From contig CABMCB010000059.1 in assembly GCA_902384455.1 (NCBI GenBank), positions 35,938 through 99,937 of the forward strand: 64,000 bases of DNA, given 5' to 3'. Source of the DNA: an uncultured archaeon (GTDB lineage: Archaea > Altiarchaeota > Altiarchaeia > IMC4 > SCGC-AAA252-I15). Each line of letters starts with the position of its first letter. Within the stretch, counting starts at the first letter, position 1. Made by a program: the position numbers and the translations under genes. Below, one piece after another: positions 35,202 through 45,768 of this stretch. The notes below the pieces were generated by a model. The model ran no database searches and was not told the DNA's origin. It saw nothing but the letters and a program-made list of their open reading frames with translations.

Positions 35202-35542
35202 GCGTCGTACAATCTACATTCGTAACGGTCAGTTGTGACGGACCCGATTGCCAGAAGACAATCACGTTCGAGGCAACTGAAAAAGGCAACGCGGAAGCGA
35301 TTCGCGACAATGCCTGGTTGACCACGCATCGCGCCATTCAGACGTCGGACCGCCGGAACCTCGGTTACTGCTCTGATGAGTGCGAGGCAAAAGGACTAGC
35401 AACCGGAGCGCACAACAAGCTGGAACAGCGCATCATCACGGGAGCAAGTTCGCAATCTGTAGACCTGGCTGTACGAGCAGCAGCACAGGCCAAAGCGGCA
35501 ACGGACGCCATCAAGCACGGCGCTCCGGTAACGTTGGGATAA
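35198..35542 (+). CDS. Hypothetical Cys-motif protein
   Basis: TTG start with AGGAG RBS; CDGPDC, YCSDEC. Confidence 0.5.
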   Translation: MSVVQSTFVTVSCDGPDCQKTITFEATEKGNAEAIRDNAWLTTHRAIQTSDRRNLGYCSDECEAKGLATGAHNKLEQRIITGASSQSVDLAVRAAAQAKAATDAIKHGAPVTLG

Positions 35543-35877
35543 TGGGAAGCACACCGGGATTCGGCGGCATCAAAATGGTCACGGACGAGTTCAACGCGAT
35601 GTGCACGTTGGCTCAGGTCGAGGCCAGAGTCCAGCCTATGCCGAATCCTGGCGACCCAATGAACTCGTGCAGACTGATTACCTTCACGAACTTCAGCAAC
35701 AAGGATATGGCAACCGTAATCGAGCAGGGCAGAAAAACGTTCGGCAAAGAGCACATCATCGGACCGGCGTTCACGCTTCAAATAATGATTGGCAGCGGAG
35801 ACCCGTTGCCGATAGTTCTGAAAGGGTCACCAAACGAAAATGCAGGAATACCTAATAGTGTTTCAGGCGCACGTTGA
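35542..35877 (+). CDS. Hypothetical protein
   Basis: ORF coupled to upstream stop. Confidence 0.45.
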   Translation: MGSTPGFGGIKMVTDEFNAMCTLAQVEARVQPMPNPGDPMNSCRLITFTNFSNKDMATVIEQGRKTFGKEHIIGPAFTLQIMIGSGDPLPIVLKGSPNENAGIPNSVSGAR

Positions 35878-36199
35878 CAGACTCCGCAGTCCGGAGAACT
35901 TTCCAACGTCGGTACTCATCAAGGAAACCGTCTTCGCAGAAAGCGAAGAACAGTTGAAGCACATCTATAATGCAAAGTTTTCTCTGCACGTCGCTTCTCC
36001 AGGCCTAGCGGTATGGATTGACCCGGACCGCGTTGACGCAAGCCGCATCACGTTCAATCAGAAAATCTTCGTGCCCTGGCACATGATTACCTACTTCCAC
36101 GGCGACGTTCACCCGATTACTCCCTTGCAGCCGAAGGACAAGAGTCTGACCGGCGAGCCTATGCCGGAAGACAGCAAGAAGAAAGAAACCGTTCAATGA
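35840..36199 (+). CDS. Hypothetical protein
   Basis: 119 aa in operon. Confidence 0.5.
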   Translation: MQEYLIVFQAHVDRLRSPENFPTSVLIKETVFAESEEQLKHIYNAKFSLHVASPGLAVWIDPDRVDASRITFNQKIFVPWHMITYFHGDVHPITPLQPKDKSLTGEPMPEDSKKKETVQ

Positions 36200-36915
36200 T
36201 TTACTGCAGCATCGACTTCGAAACAACCGGCACGCATCTCATCAACGACCGTGGCATCGAGTCCGCTACGGTTTTGTTCAGCACGGCGCACAACCGCATG
36301 CTGGACGTACAGAGCATGCTCATCAAGACTGACAAGCCAGTCACGGCAGAAATCACCGGCATCACCGGCATCATCAAAGCGATGCTCGACCGTTTCGGCT
36401 ACGAGAACCGAGACGTTCTCGAAAGCATCATCGCGACCATCGAACAGAGCGAAGCCGTCATCGGATACAACTCCCGCCGTTTCGACTATCATATCCTAGA
36501 CCAGTGGGCGAAGCGCGAAGGCATGACGCTGCCTGTGCGTCCGTGGATTGATTTCTTCTACGACATGCCGTGGCAGGTGCCGACCGGCAAGCTGACGCAC
36601 GTCATGGCAGACCATGGTTTTCTAAACTACTTTCCACACGCAGCGCTGGCCGATGCACTCGGCGTCGTGCTGCTATCGACCAAGTACAGCCCCGAGCTAA
36701 TGCTCGCGAGGTCACAGAGTCCGGTCGTCGTGCTCCGCAGCCAAGCGGACCGCAGCCAGAACGACCTGGTCAAGAAGGCAAAGTTTCGCTGGAACCCCGG
36801 AGCTAAAATCTGGTGGAAGCCGGTGAAGGCGCAAGACGTTCAAGAAGTAAGTGAGTCACTTCCGTTCGGAGTTTCAATAGATGGAAGGACACAAGAGGAG
36901 CTAGAAGGACAATGA
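36196..36915 (+). CDS. DnaQ-like 3'-5' exonuclease (DEDDh)
   Basis: IDFETTG, GYNSRRFD, HAALADA. Confidence 0.85.
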   Translation: MIYCSIDFETTGTHLINDRGIESATVLFSTAHNRMLDVQSMLIKTDKPVTAEITGITGIIKAMLDRFGYENRDVLESIIATIEQSEAVIGYNSRRFDYHILDQWAKREGMTLPVRPWIDFFYDMPWQVPTGKLTHVMADHGFLNYFPHAALADALGVVLLSTKYSPELMLARSQSPVVVLRSQADRSQNDLVKKAKFRWNPGAKIWWKPVKAQDVQEVSESLPFGVSIDGRTQEELEGQ

Positions 36916-37454
36916 CAAACAGCGGTGGAGACGTCCTAGCACGCGGCGGAGTGAGCGCACAGTTTTCAACCCCGAACGTGTCTCAGGACAAATGGGACGA
37001 AGCAGTAGGCGGTGATAATTCTTTCGAAGAGAGAATGCGCAAGAAGGCTCTCGCGGAAGGCATCACCGAGGAACAGTACGAGGCCCAGGTTGCGGAAGCT
37101 AGCAGGCTAGCATCTGAAATCGAGGCAGCGGACAAGGCTGAGCGCGAAGCGGCGCAGGCCAAAATCAAGATTCGTGCAATCGCGGACCGCGTTATCGTGC
37201 GCCGTGTCGAGGTTGCAGAAAAAGTAGGACGTCTTTTTGTGGCGGACGAATCGAAAGAGAAGCCATACGAAGGCGATGTAGTAGCGGTCGGCCCGGGCCG
37301 GTTTATCGAAGGCAAATACCAACCCACCTCCATTGCAGTCGGAGAGCGGGTTGTCTTCGGGAAATATTCGGGCGCGGAAGTACGGATAGGATTCGAAACC
37401 CTGCTCGTGCTACGCGAAGAAGACATCTTTCTCGTTAAGGAACAAGGAGACTAA
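36912..37454 (+). CDS. groES: GroES co-chaperonin with N-terminal extension
   Basis: IRAIADRVIVRR...KEKP..GDVVAVGPG...VGERVVFGKYSG.EV...LREEDI. Confidence 0.85.
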   Translation: MTNSGGDVLARGGVSAQFSTPNVSQDKWDEAVGGDNSFEERMRKKALAEGITEEQYEAQVAEASRLASEIEAADKAEREAAQAKIKIRAIADRVIVRRVEVAEKVGRLFVADESKEKPYEGDVVAVGPGRFIEGKYQPTSIAVGERVVFGKYSGAEVRIGFETLLVLREEDIFLVKEQGD

Positions 37455-37459
37455 CAGTC

Positions 37460-38110
37460 ATGTCAACATTTCAGTTTACAACTCGCAGCGGTAAAGAATT
37501 TGAGAAGCCTGAGTCCGGCCAGTATCTGGCTATTCTCGCGGACATCGTTGACCTAGGAATCATCAAGACTTCCTACAACAACGTTGAAAAGAGTCAGCCT
37601 ATGACTCGTTTCGTTTGGCTTCTGGAAGTCAACGGCAAAGACGGCAAGCCTCTGCAGGTCCAGGCTCGCTACAACAACAACCTGTACAGCGCAAAGGGCA
37701 AGGAATCAAACCTGTACAAAGCAATCAAACAGATTCTAGGGACGGCACCACCGGTCACGCTCGACCCGGAAACGCTAATCGGCTCAGTTCGCAAGCTGTT
37801 CGTCATTCGCGAAGTGTCCGAGAAGGGGGACTTCGCTAACATCATGGGCATCACGCCTGCTGAAGCTGGCAAGACGGTTGCAATTCCGACTGACTTCGTT
37901 CGCGACAAGAACAAGCCGGTGGAACAACAGGCCAAGAACAAAAAGCCGTTCGTTCCCGGACAACAGGGACAACAGGCAGCAGCACCGGCTCAGACGGCTC
38001 CGGCACCCGCAGCACAGGACCCGGCGGCACTCATCGCAGCGCTACAGGCTCAGCTTGCAGCGGCTCAAAAGGCAGCGGCTCCGACGCAGGGCGCTGACGT
38101 AAAGTTCTAA
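37460..38110 (+). CDS. Putative single-stranded DNA-binding/replication protein
   Basis: PESGQYLA...IVDLG; flexible tail ending DVKF; precedes primase. Confidence 0.5.
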   Translation: MSTFQFTTRSGKEFEKPESGQYLAILADIVDLGIIKTSYNNVEKSQPMTRFVWLLEVNGKDGKPLQVQARYNNNLYSAKGKESNLYKAIKQILGTAPPVTLDPETLIGSVRKLFVIREVSEKGDFANIMGITPAEAGKTVAIPTDFVRDKNKPVEQQAKNKKPFVPGQQGQQAAAPAQTAPAPAAQDPAALIAALQAQLAAAQKAAAPTQGADVKF

Positions 38111-38184
38111 TCCGACCAGGTGCGTACCGAAAGCCGGGAACTAGGCTTGACAGCAGGAGAGACTGCAAACTATACTAGGTGACT

Positions 38185-40206
38185 ATGGGAATCTTTCAAG
38201 AAGTCGCGGTGTCTCTCGCTGGTCGTGGCGTGCCCATAATCCCACTCCGACCACGAACGAAGATTGCTTTCATGAATAACTGGCCGGAAATTGCGACTAC
38301 CGACCTGGCGAAGCTTGTTCAGTGGGACCAAGATTTTCTCGACGCCAACGCGGCGTCTGTTGCGTTTGCACGTCCTGACGGCGTGTGGTTTCTCGAAATT
38401 GACAAGCCTGGATACCAGGAAGAAATTGAACGTCAGACAGGGCACAAGATTCCGCCGACTCTGATGGTGCGCTCGTCTCCCGGGCGTGGGCATTTCTATT
38501 TCAAGCAGACTCCGGCCAGCATTGCCATGGGCAACGTGCAGGCCAAGGACGAACAGGGCAAAGAACTCTGGTCTGCTCGCGTTGACAACCGCTATGTTGT
38601 CGCTCCCGGCAGCATTCACCCCACAACACAGCTACGCTACGAATTTCTGCGCGATGCTCCCATTCTTGAAGCACCGGACTGGCTCGTGCAATGGTGCAAG
38701 TCTTCGAACAAGCCTGCGCCGAAGACCGGCGTCAGCGAACTAGACAGCACCGAGCCTATCATCGAGGGCGGACGCAACAATGCGCTGACCTCTATTCTCG
38801 GCAAGGCGCGTCAAGTTCTGTCCATGGACCGAGAGCAACTGTTTCAGTACGGTCTATCCGTCAACGAAAAGCGCTGCCAGCCGCCGCTGACAGAAAATGA
38901 AGTGCGAACTATCGCGACGTCAGTCTCGAACTACAAGGTTGTAGAGACCGGCGGACTCGTGTTCGCGCAGCCTGAACCAACACCCGAGCCTGAAGGCCTG
39001 AGATTCCAGCCAGTCGCATATCCGAAGTTTCCGCGTTGGGTCATCAACGGCACGAGCATCGGCGAAGGCCTGGTGCTACCAATCTGCAAGGTTAACTCTC
39101 GCTATCCTGAGTTCATGTTCATGCCTGCAATGGCGCTGATGCTGAACTACATCGCGACCAAGGTCAAGATTGTCGGAAAAGAGAATCTTATTCCGTCGTT
39201 CTTCATGGTGAACATCGGACGCAAGGGACGCGTCATCAAATCATCATCGGTCAACGACGCAATCGCGTATCTAGCGACTGCAGGCGTGGTCAAGTATGCT
39301 GGCGGCGTGAAGAACGCTGAGGGCAAAACGCTGGTGTGGACTGCGGGTTCCGCCGAAGGTCTAGGCCTGGAAATGACCAGGACGAACTGCAAGAATGCCG
39401 TTCTGTTCTACGACGAACTGGGCACGCTTACCAGCAAGGCGATGATTAAAGAAAGCAGCCTGAAGACGAACCTGCTCCAGATGTACGAGTCCGGTATCTT
39501 CGCGAACACGATTAAGAGCAGAAAGGAAACGTTCAGCTTCGAACCGCGAACGTACTGCACAAGTCTAATCGCGAACACTACGGACAAAAACTTTCACTCA
39601 CTGTGGAGCAAGATGTCCGGCGAGTCTTCCGGTATGGACGAACGCTTTTTCTTTTTGTACCAACCGGAAATCCTGGACGAACTAAAGCCGTACAAAGAAA
39701 TCAACACCGTCGAGGGTTCTGCGGTCACGCGTAAGCTTATCGAGAAAGCCATCCTGCAGCAGTGGTATCACATCGTGGACGACACGCCGCTGGAGCGCGA
39801 AATCAACACTCTCGGCAACCGTACGATGTCCCGCGTAGAAAAGATGGCGCTGTATTTTGCTATCGACCTGGGCAAGGATGAAATCGACGAAGAGTGCATC
39901 GAGCGTGCGCTGGCAATCGCGAAGTACGAAGTTGCGGTTAAGGCGTATCTCACCGTGTTCGAGAGCACGACGGTAGAAGGCGCACTACAGGGCGAAATCA
40001 TTCAGCTACTGCAGCGCAACGGCGGAGCGGTTACAACCCGCGAACTGGCACGAGCGCTTCACCCGGAGCGTCACGGCACGTACCTCTGGAACAGAGTCTA
40101 CGGCGGACTGATTCAGGCCGGATGGATTGCGGAGTCAGGCAACGGAACCAAGGGCGAGCCAAGACAGGTCATTCTGATGCGGCTACCAGAAAAGGACGAC
40201 GAATGA
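38185..40206 (+). CDS. Bifunctional primase-polymerase with PriCT and helicase-like domain
   Basis: IIPLRPRTK, GRGHFYF, YVVAPGSIH, EGGRNNAL (PriCT), LFYDEL; TTGACA-N18-TATACT promoter upstream. Confidence 0.85.
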   Translation: MGIFQEVAVSLAGRGVPIIPLRPRTKIAFMNNWPEIATTDLAKLVQWDQDFLDANAASVAFARPDGVWFLEIDKPGYQEEIERQTGHKIPPTLMVRSSPGRGHFYFKQTPASIAMGNVQAKDEQGKELWSARVDNRYVVAPGSIHPTTQLRYEFLRDAPILEAPDWLVQWCKSSNKPAPKTGVSELDSTEPIIEGGRNNALTSILGKARQVLSMDREQLFQYGLSVNEKRCQPPLTENEVRTIATSVSNYKVVETGGLVFAQPEPTPEPEGLRFQPVAYPKFPRWVINGTSIGEGLVLPICKVNSRYPEFMFMPAMALMLNYIATKVKIVGKENLIPSFFMVNIGRKGRVIKSSSVNDAIAYLATAGVVKYAGGVKNAEGKTLVWTAGSAEGLGLEMTRTNCKNAVLFYDELGTLTSKAMIKESSLKTNLLQMYESGIFANTIKSRKETFSFEPRTYCTSLIANTTDKNFHSLWSKMSGESSGMDERFFFLYQPEILDELKPYKEINTVEGSAVTRKLIEKAILQQWYHIVDDTPLEREINTLGNRTMSRVEKMALYFAIDLGKDEIDEECIERALAIAKYEVAVKAYLTVFESTTVEGALQGEIIQLLQRNGGAVTTRELARALHPERHGTYLWNRVYGGLIQAGWIAESGNGTKGEPRQVILMRLPEKDDE

Positions 40207-40889
40207 AGATTATCGAGCCTAGTTTCAGGCTGAGCATGCTGCACACCGCCGGAATGGGATACAACGACGGCGTAAAGATGCTCCGCTACATCGAGGAACA
40301 GGGGCGCATCAGCCATAGGTCAGAGGACAAGCAGAGCCTGGACTCTTGGCAGAAGTTCATCCCGGCGGTCGTCATGGGACACGGCGACTGGTCAATCACC
40401 GAGCACGTCTCAGTGACAGCGACCATCCGCGCCAGCCGTGGCGTCCTGAACGAACTGGTCAGGCACCGTCTCGCCAGCTACACGCAGGAGAGCACGCGTT
40501 TCGTGCGCTATGATTCGTTTGACCATTCCAGGCAGCAGTTCGAGTTCATCATGCCGGAGCGGTTGAAGGAAGACTACAGGTCCATTTTCTTTTTCGAGGA
40601 ACACTGCAAGGCTTCCGAGGCGGCGTACAACGCTCTGATTGACCGTGGCAGTCGGCCCCAGGAAGCACGCGACGTTCTGCCGCTGTCCTTCGCTTCGACT
40701 ATCGCAATGACCACGAATCTTCGCAACTGGCGGCTGTTCTTCCTGATGCGAACCACAAAAGAGACGCTGCCGGAGTTCAAGCGGATATCAGTTCCGATGC
40801 TGCGAGAATTTCAGCGCGTCATTCCGTTTCTGTATGATGACATCACACCTGACGCACGTCAGGTAGAAAACTTGGGGAAAGCACGATGA
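40203..40889 (+). CDS. thyX: Flavin-dependent thymidylate synthase
   Basis: ELVRHRLASYTQESTRFV, EARDVLP, NLRNW. Confidence 0.9.
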   Translation: MKIIEPSFRLSMLHTAGMGYNDGVKMLRYIEEQGRISHRSEDKQSLDSWQKFIPAVVMGHGDWSITEHVSVTATIRASRGVLNELVRHRLASYTQESTRFVRYDSFDHSRQQFEFIMPERLKEDYRSIFFFEEHCKASEAAYNALIDRGSRPQEARDVLPLSFASTIAMTTNLRNWRLFFLMRTTKETLPEFKRISVPMLREFQRVIPFLYDDITPDARQVENLGKAR

Positions 40890-41080
40890 CACAACGCTAC
40901 AAAATCTGCGGAGATAACAGCGGCCACGAGTATTACATCAAGACCCAAGACGTAGAGAAGTTTTACGAGTGGGTTGAGTCAACTGAAGACGAAGACAAAG
41001 CCGAAATGTACACCGGCCCGGACTTCGATGAATTTCGAATCGACGGAAACTTCACATTTACAGACCCGAGGATAGACTGA
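40886..41080 (+). CDS. Small acidic hypothetical protein
   Basis: 64 aa in operon. Confidence 0.5.
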   Translation: MTQRYKICGDNSGHEYYIKTQDVEKFYEWVESTEDEDKAEMYTGPDFDEFRIDGNFTFTDPRID

Positions 41081-42717
41081 TGAGCATGAGTAAGTTCGCT
41101 TCTGACATTATGCGCCAGAAGTATTCGCACAAGAACAAGGAAGGTGAGGTAGAGTCGTGGGAGAACATCGCGTACCGCGTCAGCAAGAAGGTGCTGCAGT
41201 CGGTTCACGCTCCGGCAAGTCAAATCGAGGCGACTCGAAAGATGATAGCAGAGCGCAAGTTTCTTCCTGGTGGTCGCTACCTTGCGGCAACTGGGAGATT
41301 GTATCATCAGGTGAACAACTGTTTCTTGTTCCGCGCCGAGGACTCAAGAGAAGGCTGGTCAGACATGATGCAGAAGGCCACGCTTTCGCTTATGACCGGT
41401 GGAGGTATTGGGTGCGACTATTCGGACGTCCGGGAGAAGGGCCGTTTAATCCGGAAGACTGGCGGCGAAGCTACAGGACCGATTGCACTGATGCAGATGG
41501 TGAATGAATCCGGTCGGTACATCATGCAAGGCGGCTCACGCCGGTCTGCAATTTGGGCCGGACTGCGTTGGGACCATCCGGACATTCAGGAGTTCATCCG
41601 CCTGAAGGACTGGTCACCAGAAGTGAAAGCGATGAAAGAGAGGGACTTCAATTTTCCTGCAGCGATGGACATGACGAACATTTCCGTGCTGCTGAACGAC
41701 GAATTTTTTGAGGCGTACAACGATGACAAACACGAACAGCACACTCTGTCACAATCCGTCTATTGGTCTACTGTGTGTCACATGCTGGAGACGGGAGAAC
41801 CAGGTCTTTCGATTGACACGGGGAAGAACTCCCGTGAGACTCTACGGAACGCCTGCACCGAGGTTACCAGCGCAGATGACTCAGACGTTTGCAATCTCGG
41901 CTCCGTCAACATGGCTCGAATCGAAAGTTTGGAGGAGATGGCCCTCGTGGTTGAACTGGGCACCGCCTTCCTACTGGCTGGAACGGTATACTCAGATATT
42001 CCCTTCGCCGGAGTGGACAAAGTTAGAAATAAGAATCGCCGACTGGGACTGGGCCTTATGGGACTACACGAGTGGTTGCTCATCCACGGAAAAAAGTACG
42101 GAGCAGACGAAGAACTCGGAAAGTATCTCGAAATCTACGCAAGAAGTGGAACTCTGGTGCGGCCCTACGCGAAGAAGTGGGAACTCTCCAATCCGATTAA
42201 GACCCGGGCAATCGCTCCGAATGGCACTATCGGAATTGTCGCCGAAACTACAACGGGAGTTGAACCAATCTTCTGCGCGGCCTACAAGCGCAGATATCTC
42301 AAGGGACAAGTCTGGAACTTCCAATACGTCGTGGACCCGACAGCCAAGCGACTGCTGGATTCTGGTGTCCCGCTGGAGCTAATCGAAGATGCTTATGACC
42401 TTGCCAACGACGTTGAGCGTCGTGTATCGTTTCAAACTTGGGTCCAACAGTATGTTGACCATAGCATCAGTAGTACAATCAACCTACCGAGATGGGGCAG
42501 TGAACTCAATAACGAATCGCGTGTCCGAGATTTCGGTAACATGCTCATTCGGTACCTTCCGAAGCTGCGTGGTATTACCGTTTATCCTGACGGCGCTAGG
42601 GCTGGACAGCCTCTTAATCCGGTGTCTCTGCAAGAGGCTCTGAAGCAAGAGGGGCATGTGTTCGAGGAATCAGGCACGACAGTTTGCGACATCACAAAGG
42701 GAGGCGTCTGCGGATGA
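41080..42717 (+). CDS. nrdJ: Ribonucleotide reductase, class II (B12-dependent)
   Basis: FLPGGR, NNCF, GGSRRSA, NACTE, CNLGS, IAPNGT, C-terminal CxxxxGGxC; no small subunit nearby. Confidence 0.85.
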   Translation: MSMSKFASDIMRQKYSHKNKEGEVESWENIAYRVSKKVLQSVHAPASQIEATRKMIAERKFLPGGRYLAATGRLYHQVNNCFLFRAEDSREGWSDMMQKATLSLMTGGGIGCDYSDVREKGRLIRKTGGEATGPIALMQMVNESGRYIMQGGSRRSAIWAGLRWDHPDIQEFIRLKDWSPEVKAMKERDFNFPAAMDMTNISVLLNDEFFEAYNDDKHEQHTLSQSVYWSTVCHMLETGEPGLSIDTGKNSRETLRNACTEVTSADDSDVCNLGSVNMARIESLEEMALVVELGTAFLLAGTVYSDIPFAGVDKVRNKNRRLGLGLMGLHEWLLIHGKKYGADEELGKYLEIYARSGTLVRPYAKKWELSNPIKTRAIAPNGTIGIVAETTTGVEPIFCAAYKRRYLKGQVWNFQYVVDPTAKRLLDSGVPLELIEDAYDLANDVERRVSFQTWVQQYVDHSISSTINLPRWGSELNNESRVRDFGNMLIRYLPKLRGITVYPDGARAGQPLNPVSLQEALKQEGHVFEESGTTVCDITKGGVCG

Positions 42718-43100
42718 CCATCGAACGGAAGTTTCTCATCTATGCGAGCGACATGATTAACCAGGAATGCGAACGCGTTCACAAGGCGAACGAAAAGTGG
42801 TGGACTGACATCCACACCGGAGAACGCCTGAACCGGAGCGTTCCTGAAATGCTCTGCTTGGTGCACAGCGAAATCAGCGAAGCGCTGGAAGGACACCGCA
42901 AGAACCTGAAGGATGACAAGCTGCCGCACAGGCCGATGATTGAAGTCGAACTGGCGGACGCCATCATTCGAATCTTCGACATCGCCGCCGGACTGAAGCT
43001 GGATTTAGGCGGTGCATACGAAGAGAAAATGGCGTATAATGCTGTACGGGCGGACCACAAGATTGAAAACCGCCTAAAGGAAAATGGGAAGAAATATTAA
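42714..43100 (+). CDS. MazG-like nucleotide pyrophosphohydrolase
   Basis: LVHSEISEALEGHRK...EVELADAIIRIFD...KMAYN. Confidence 0.8.
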   Translation: MTIERKFLIYASDMINQECERVHKANEKWWTDIHTGERLNRSVPEMLCLVHSEISEALEGHRKNLKDDKLPHRPMIEVELADAIIRIFDIAAGLKLDLGGAYEEKMAYNAVRADHKIENRLKENGKKY

Positions 43101-43450
43101 TGACAAGAAATCGTGTCAAATACATCAAACTATGGAAGCTGAACGGCGGCGCTGCTTACCTTAGAAAATGGGCTAATTCATACAACCGTAAATTGAAATT
43201 TTTGGTGTTTTCTAAATACGGCAAAGACGGAAAGCCGCTATGTCGCTGGAGAGGTTGCAAAATTTCAGACATTGACATGCTGACGCTAGACCACATTTTG
43301 AATGACGGTGCTAGGCACAGGTCAAGAGGATTCAAAAGCGGTGTCAACGGATATCATCAAATTAAGAATTTGAATTTTCCAAAAGGTTTTCAAGTGCTGT
43401 GCTGGAATCATCAATGGAAAAAGCAAATCCAGAAACTAAAAAGGAAATAA
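43100..43450 (+). CDS. HNH-like endonuclease
   Basis: LTLDHILNDG...NFPKGFQVLCWNH. Confidence 0.7.
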   Translation: MTRNRVKYIKLWKLNGGAAYLRKWANSYNRKLKFLVFSKYGKDGKPLCRWRGCKISDIDMLTLDHILNDGARHRSRGFKSGVNGYHQIKNLNFPKGFQVLCWNHQWKKQIQKLKRK

Positions 43451-43452
43451 AG

Positions 43453-45717
43453 ATGTTCCTTGTAGTTGACTTCGAAACGAGTAGTGAAGCCGAAATCACA
43501 GAAGTCGGCCTTCACAACTACGCAATCCACCCGAGCACGAAAGCGCTCATGCTGTCCTACGCGTTCGTCAAGACGCTGTTCGATAAGCCGGTGGTGAAGC
43601 GGTGGGAACTGCACGCTGGTGCAATGCCTGCCGACCTGGAAGCCGGACTAGACAATCCAAGCATCGACCTCATCGCGCACAACTCCGCGTTCGAGAGAAA
43701 AATCTTCAAGCACGTTCTGAAGCGAGACATTCCTGCAAGCCGCTTTCAGGACACCCAGGCCAGCGCTCGCTATCTGTCCATGCCTAGCAGGCTGAAAGAA
43801 GTCTGCAAGGTTCTGAACCTACCGGCGGAGCTACGCAAGGACGACGCTGGCGAAGACCTTATCAACGTATTCTCCAAGCCGAAGACATACTCCAAAAAGA
43901 CCCTGAAGGCCAACCCAACCCTCGACCCTATATACTTCAACGACCGGTTCACGCATCCCGAAGAGTGGAGAGCGTTCGGCGAATACTGCGACCAGGACGT
44001 GCGTGCCGAGCTAGAAGTCGCTCGCCGCGAACACCTGCTTGGCGCGTTTCCTCTGCCCGAACGCGAGAGACGCATCTGGCTGTTCGACCAGATGGTCAAC
44101 GAACGCGGCGTTCCAACCGACCGGCAGTTCGTCGTCAACCTATTCTCAATCGCGGACAAGAACAAAGAGAGTCTGGTCGCTGCGCAAGACAAGGCGACCG
44201 GCTTGGAAAATTCAAACTCGCAGGCTCAGCTACTGCCCTGGCTGCAGGAGCGCGGCTATCCGCTGAGCAACATCCGCAAGGAAAACATTCAGAAGGTTCT
44301 CAAGGACCCCGAGGTCAAGCTGACTCCGGAGTGCCGAGACGTTCTTGAAGCACGCATGGAAGCTAGTTCTACCTCTTACAAGAAGCTGAACACAATCATG
44401 CGGTCTCTGAATCCGGATAACGTCATCCGAGAAATGTTCGTCTACATGGGCAGCGCTCGCTGCGGACGCTGGTCAGGCGCAGGCGTTCAGCCGCACAACT
44501 TCGCACGTCCGGACGGCACGTTCGAAGACATGGAGAACGTTCAGAAGGCTCGCGAGGCGGTCTACCGAAACGACTACGATGCTCTACTCAAGATGTTTTG
44601 GGATGAGAAGAAAAAGAAGTTCTACGCTCCGCTCATCATCGCGAAGAATATCATCCGCACCGTGTTCGTCGCTCCACCAGGAAAGCGCTTCAACGTCTGC
44701 GACCTGAACGCAATCGAGACTCGTGTGGCTGCGTGGGTTGCGCAGTGCCACTCGCTGCTGGAAGTCTTCCGCGAGGGCAAGGACCCGTACATCGCGTTCG
44801 CTGTAAAGATGTACGGCATCCCTTATGAAAAGATTCTCTACGACCTGAAGAAAAACATTGACAAGGTTGCCAAGGCCGCTGCTAAGCTTATGCGGCAGAT
44901 GGCAAAGCCGGGTGTGCTTGGCGCTGTGTACCGCTTGGGTGCAGGCGGATGGGGCAAGGACAAGAACGGCGACACGATTAAGACAGGCCTATGGGGCTAC
45001 GCCGAAAACATGGGCGTGGAAATGACCCAGGAACAGTCCAAGATTATCGTGGACACGTTCCGCAATTCTTATCCGGAAATCTGCGCTCCGCCGAATCACG
45101 CGGCAGGCGACCCGGGCGGCATCTGGTACATTCTAGAGAACGCCGTCAAGGATGTTCTAGAAGGCGAGCGTACGGTTCGCCGTGTCGGTCCTCGTGGCTG
45201 CATCGTCATCGACAAACTGACCATCGACGGTCGCAAGCCGATTCTGCGAATCAAGCTTCCGTCTGGCCGGTACCTGCACTACGTTGACGCCGCTATGGAG
45301 CTGGCGACGATGCCGTGGAAGCAGAAGAAAGAAGTCGCGGTCGAGTTCGATGAAGACGGCGAGGGCACCAAGTTTGAAATGCAAGAAGTGGACGTGGAGA
45401 AGCCGTGCTTCACGTACTACGGACTGAACCAGAACACGAAGCAGTGGAATCGAATCGTTTCACACGGCGGCAAGATATTTGAAAACATCGTTCAAGCGAT
45501 TGCTCGTGACGTTCTAGCGGACAAGCTGCTGGAGTTCGAGGCCGCAGGCCTGCTGGTCGTGCTGCACGTTCACGACGAAGGCGTATGCGTGTCCGACGAT
45601 GACCCGTTCGCACCCGGCAAGCTGGAGATGGAAAAAATAATGAATCAACCCGTATCTTGGGCGTTGGATTTGCCCCTAGGCTCAGACGGTTTCGAGGACT
45701 TTTTCTACCATAAATAA
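43453..45717 (+). CDS. DNA polymerase, family A
   Basis: Exo VDFET, AHNSAFE; GRWSG..QPHN; motif A DLNAIETR; motif B RQMAK..VLGAVY; motif C HVHDE. Confidence 0.92.
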   Translation: MFLVVDFETSSEAEITEVGLHNYAIHPSTKALMLSYAFVKTLFDKPVVKRWELHAGAMPADLEAGLDNPSIDLIAHNSAFERKIFKHVLKRDIPASRFQDTQASARYLSMPSRLKEVCKVLNLPAELRKDDAGEDLINVFSKPKTYSKKTLKANPTLDPIYFNDRFTHPEEWRAFGEYCDQDVRAELEVARREHLLGAFPLPERERRIWLFDQMVNERGVPTDRQFVVNLFSIADKNKESLVAAQDKATGLENSNSQAQLLPWLQERGYPLSNIRKENIQKVLKDPEVKLTPECRDVLEARMEASSTSYKKLNTIMRSLNPDNVIREMFVYMGSARCGRWSGAGVQPHNFARPDGTFEDMENVQKAREAVYRNDYDALLKMFWDEKKKKFYAPLIIAKNIIRTVFVAPPGKRFNVCDLNAIETRVAAWVAQCHSLLEVFREGKDPYIAFAVKMYGIPYEKILYDLKKNIDKVAKAAAKLMRQMAKPGVLGAVYRLGAGGWGKDKNGDTIKTGLWGYAENMGVEMTQEQSKIIVDTFRNSYPEICAPPNHAAGDPGGIWYILENAVKDVLEGERTVRRVGPRGCIVIDKLTIDGRKPILRIKLPSGRYLHYVDAAMELATMPWKQKKEVAVEFDEDGEGTKFEMQEVDVEKPCFTYYGLNQNTKQWNRIVSHGGKIFENIVQAIARDVLADKLLEFEAAGLLVVLHVHDEGVCVSDDDPFAPGKLEMEKIMNQPVSWALDLPLGSDGFEDFFYHK

Positions 45718-45720
45718 GGC

Positions 45721-45752
45721 TTGACAAGGGTACCAAACTAAAGTACTATTGC
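45721..45752 (+). promoter_or_regulatory. Sigma70-type promoter
   Basis: TTGACA-N17-TACTAT, overlapping AGTACTATTGC motif. Confidence 0.6.
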
Positions 45753-45768
45753 ATTTGGGTCGGAGAAT

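Noticed and set aside
41080-45717. Introns or inteins in RNR and DNA polymerase
   Set aside because: Both reading frames are continuous and of normal length with no intein motifs.
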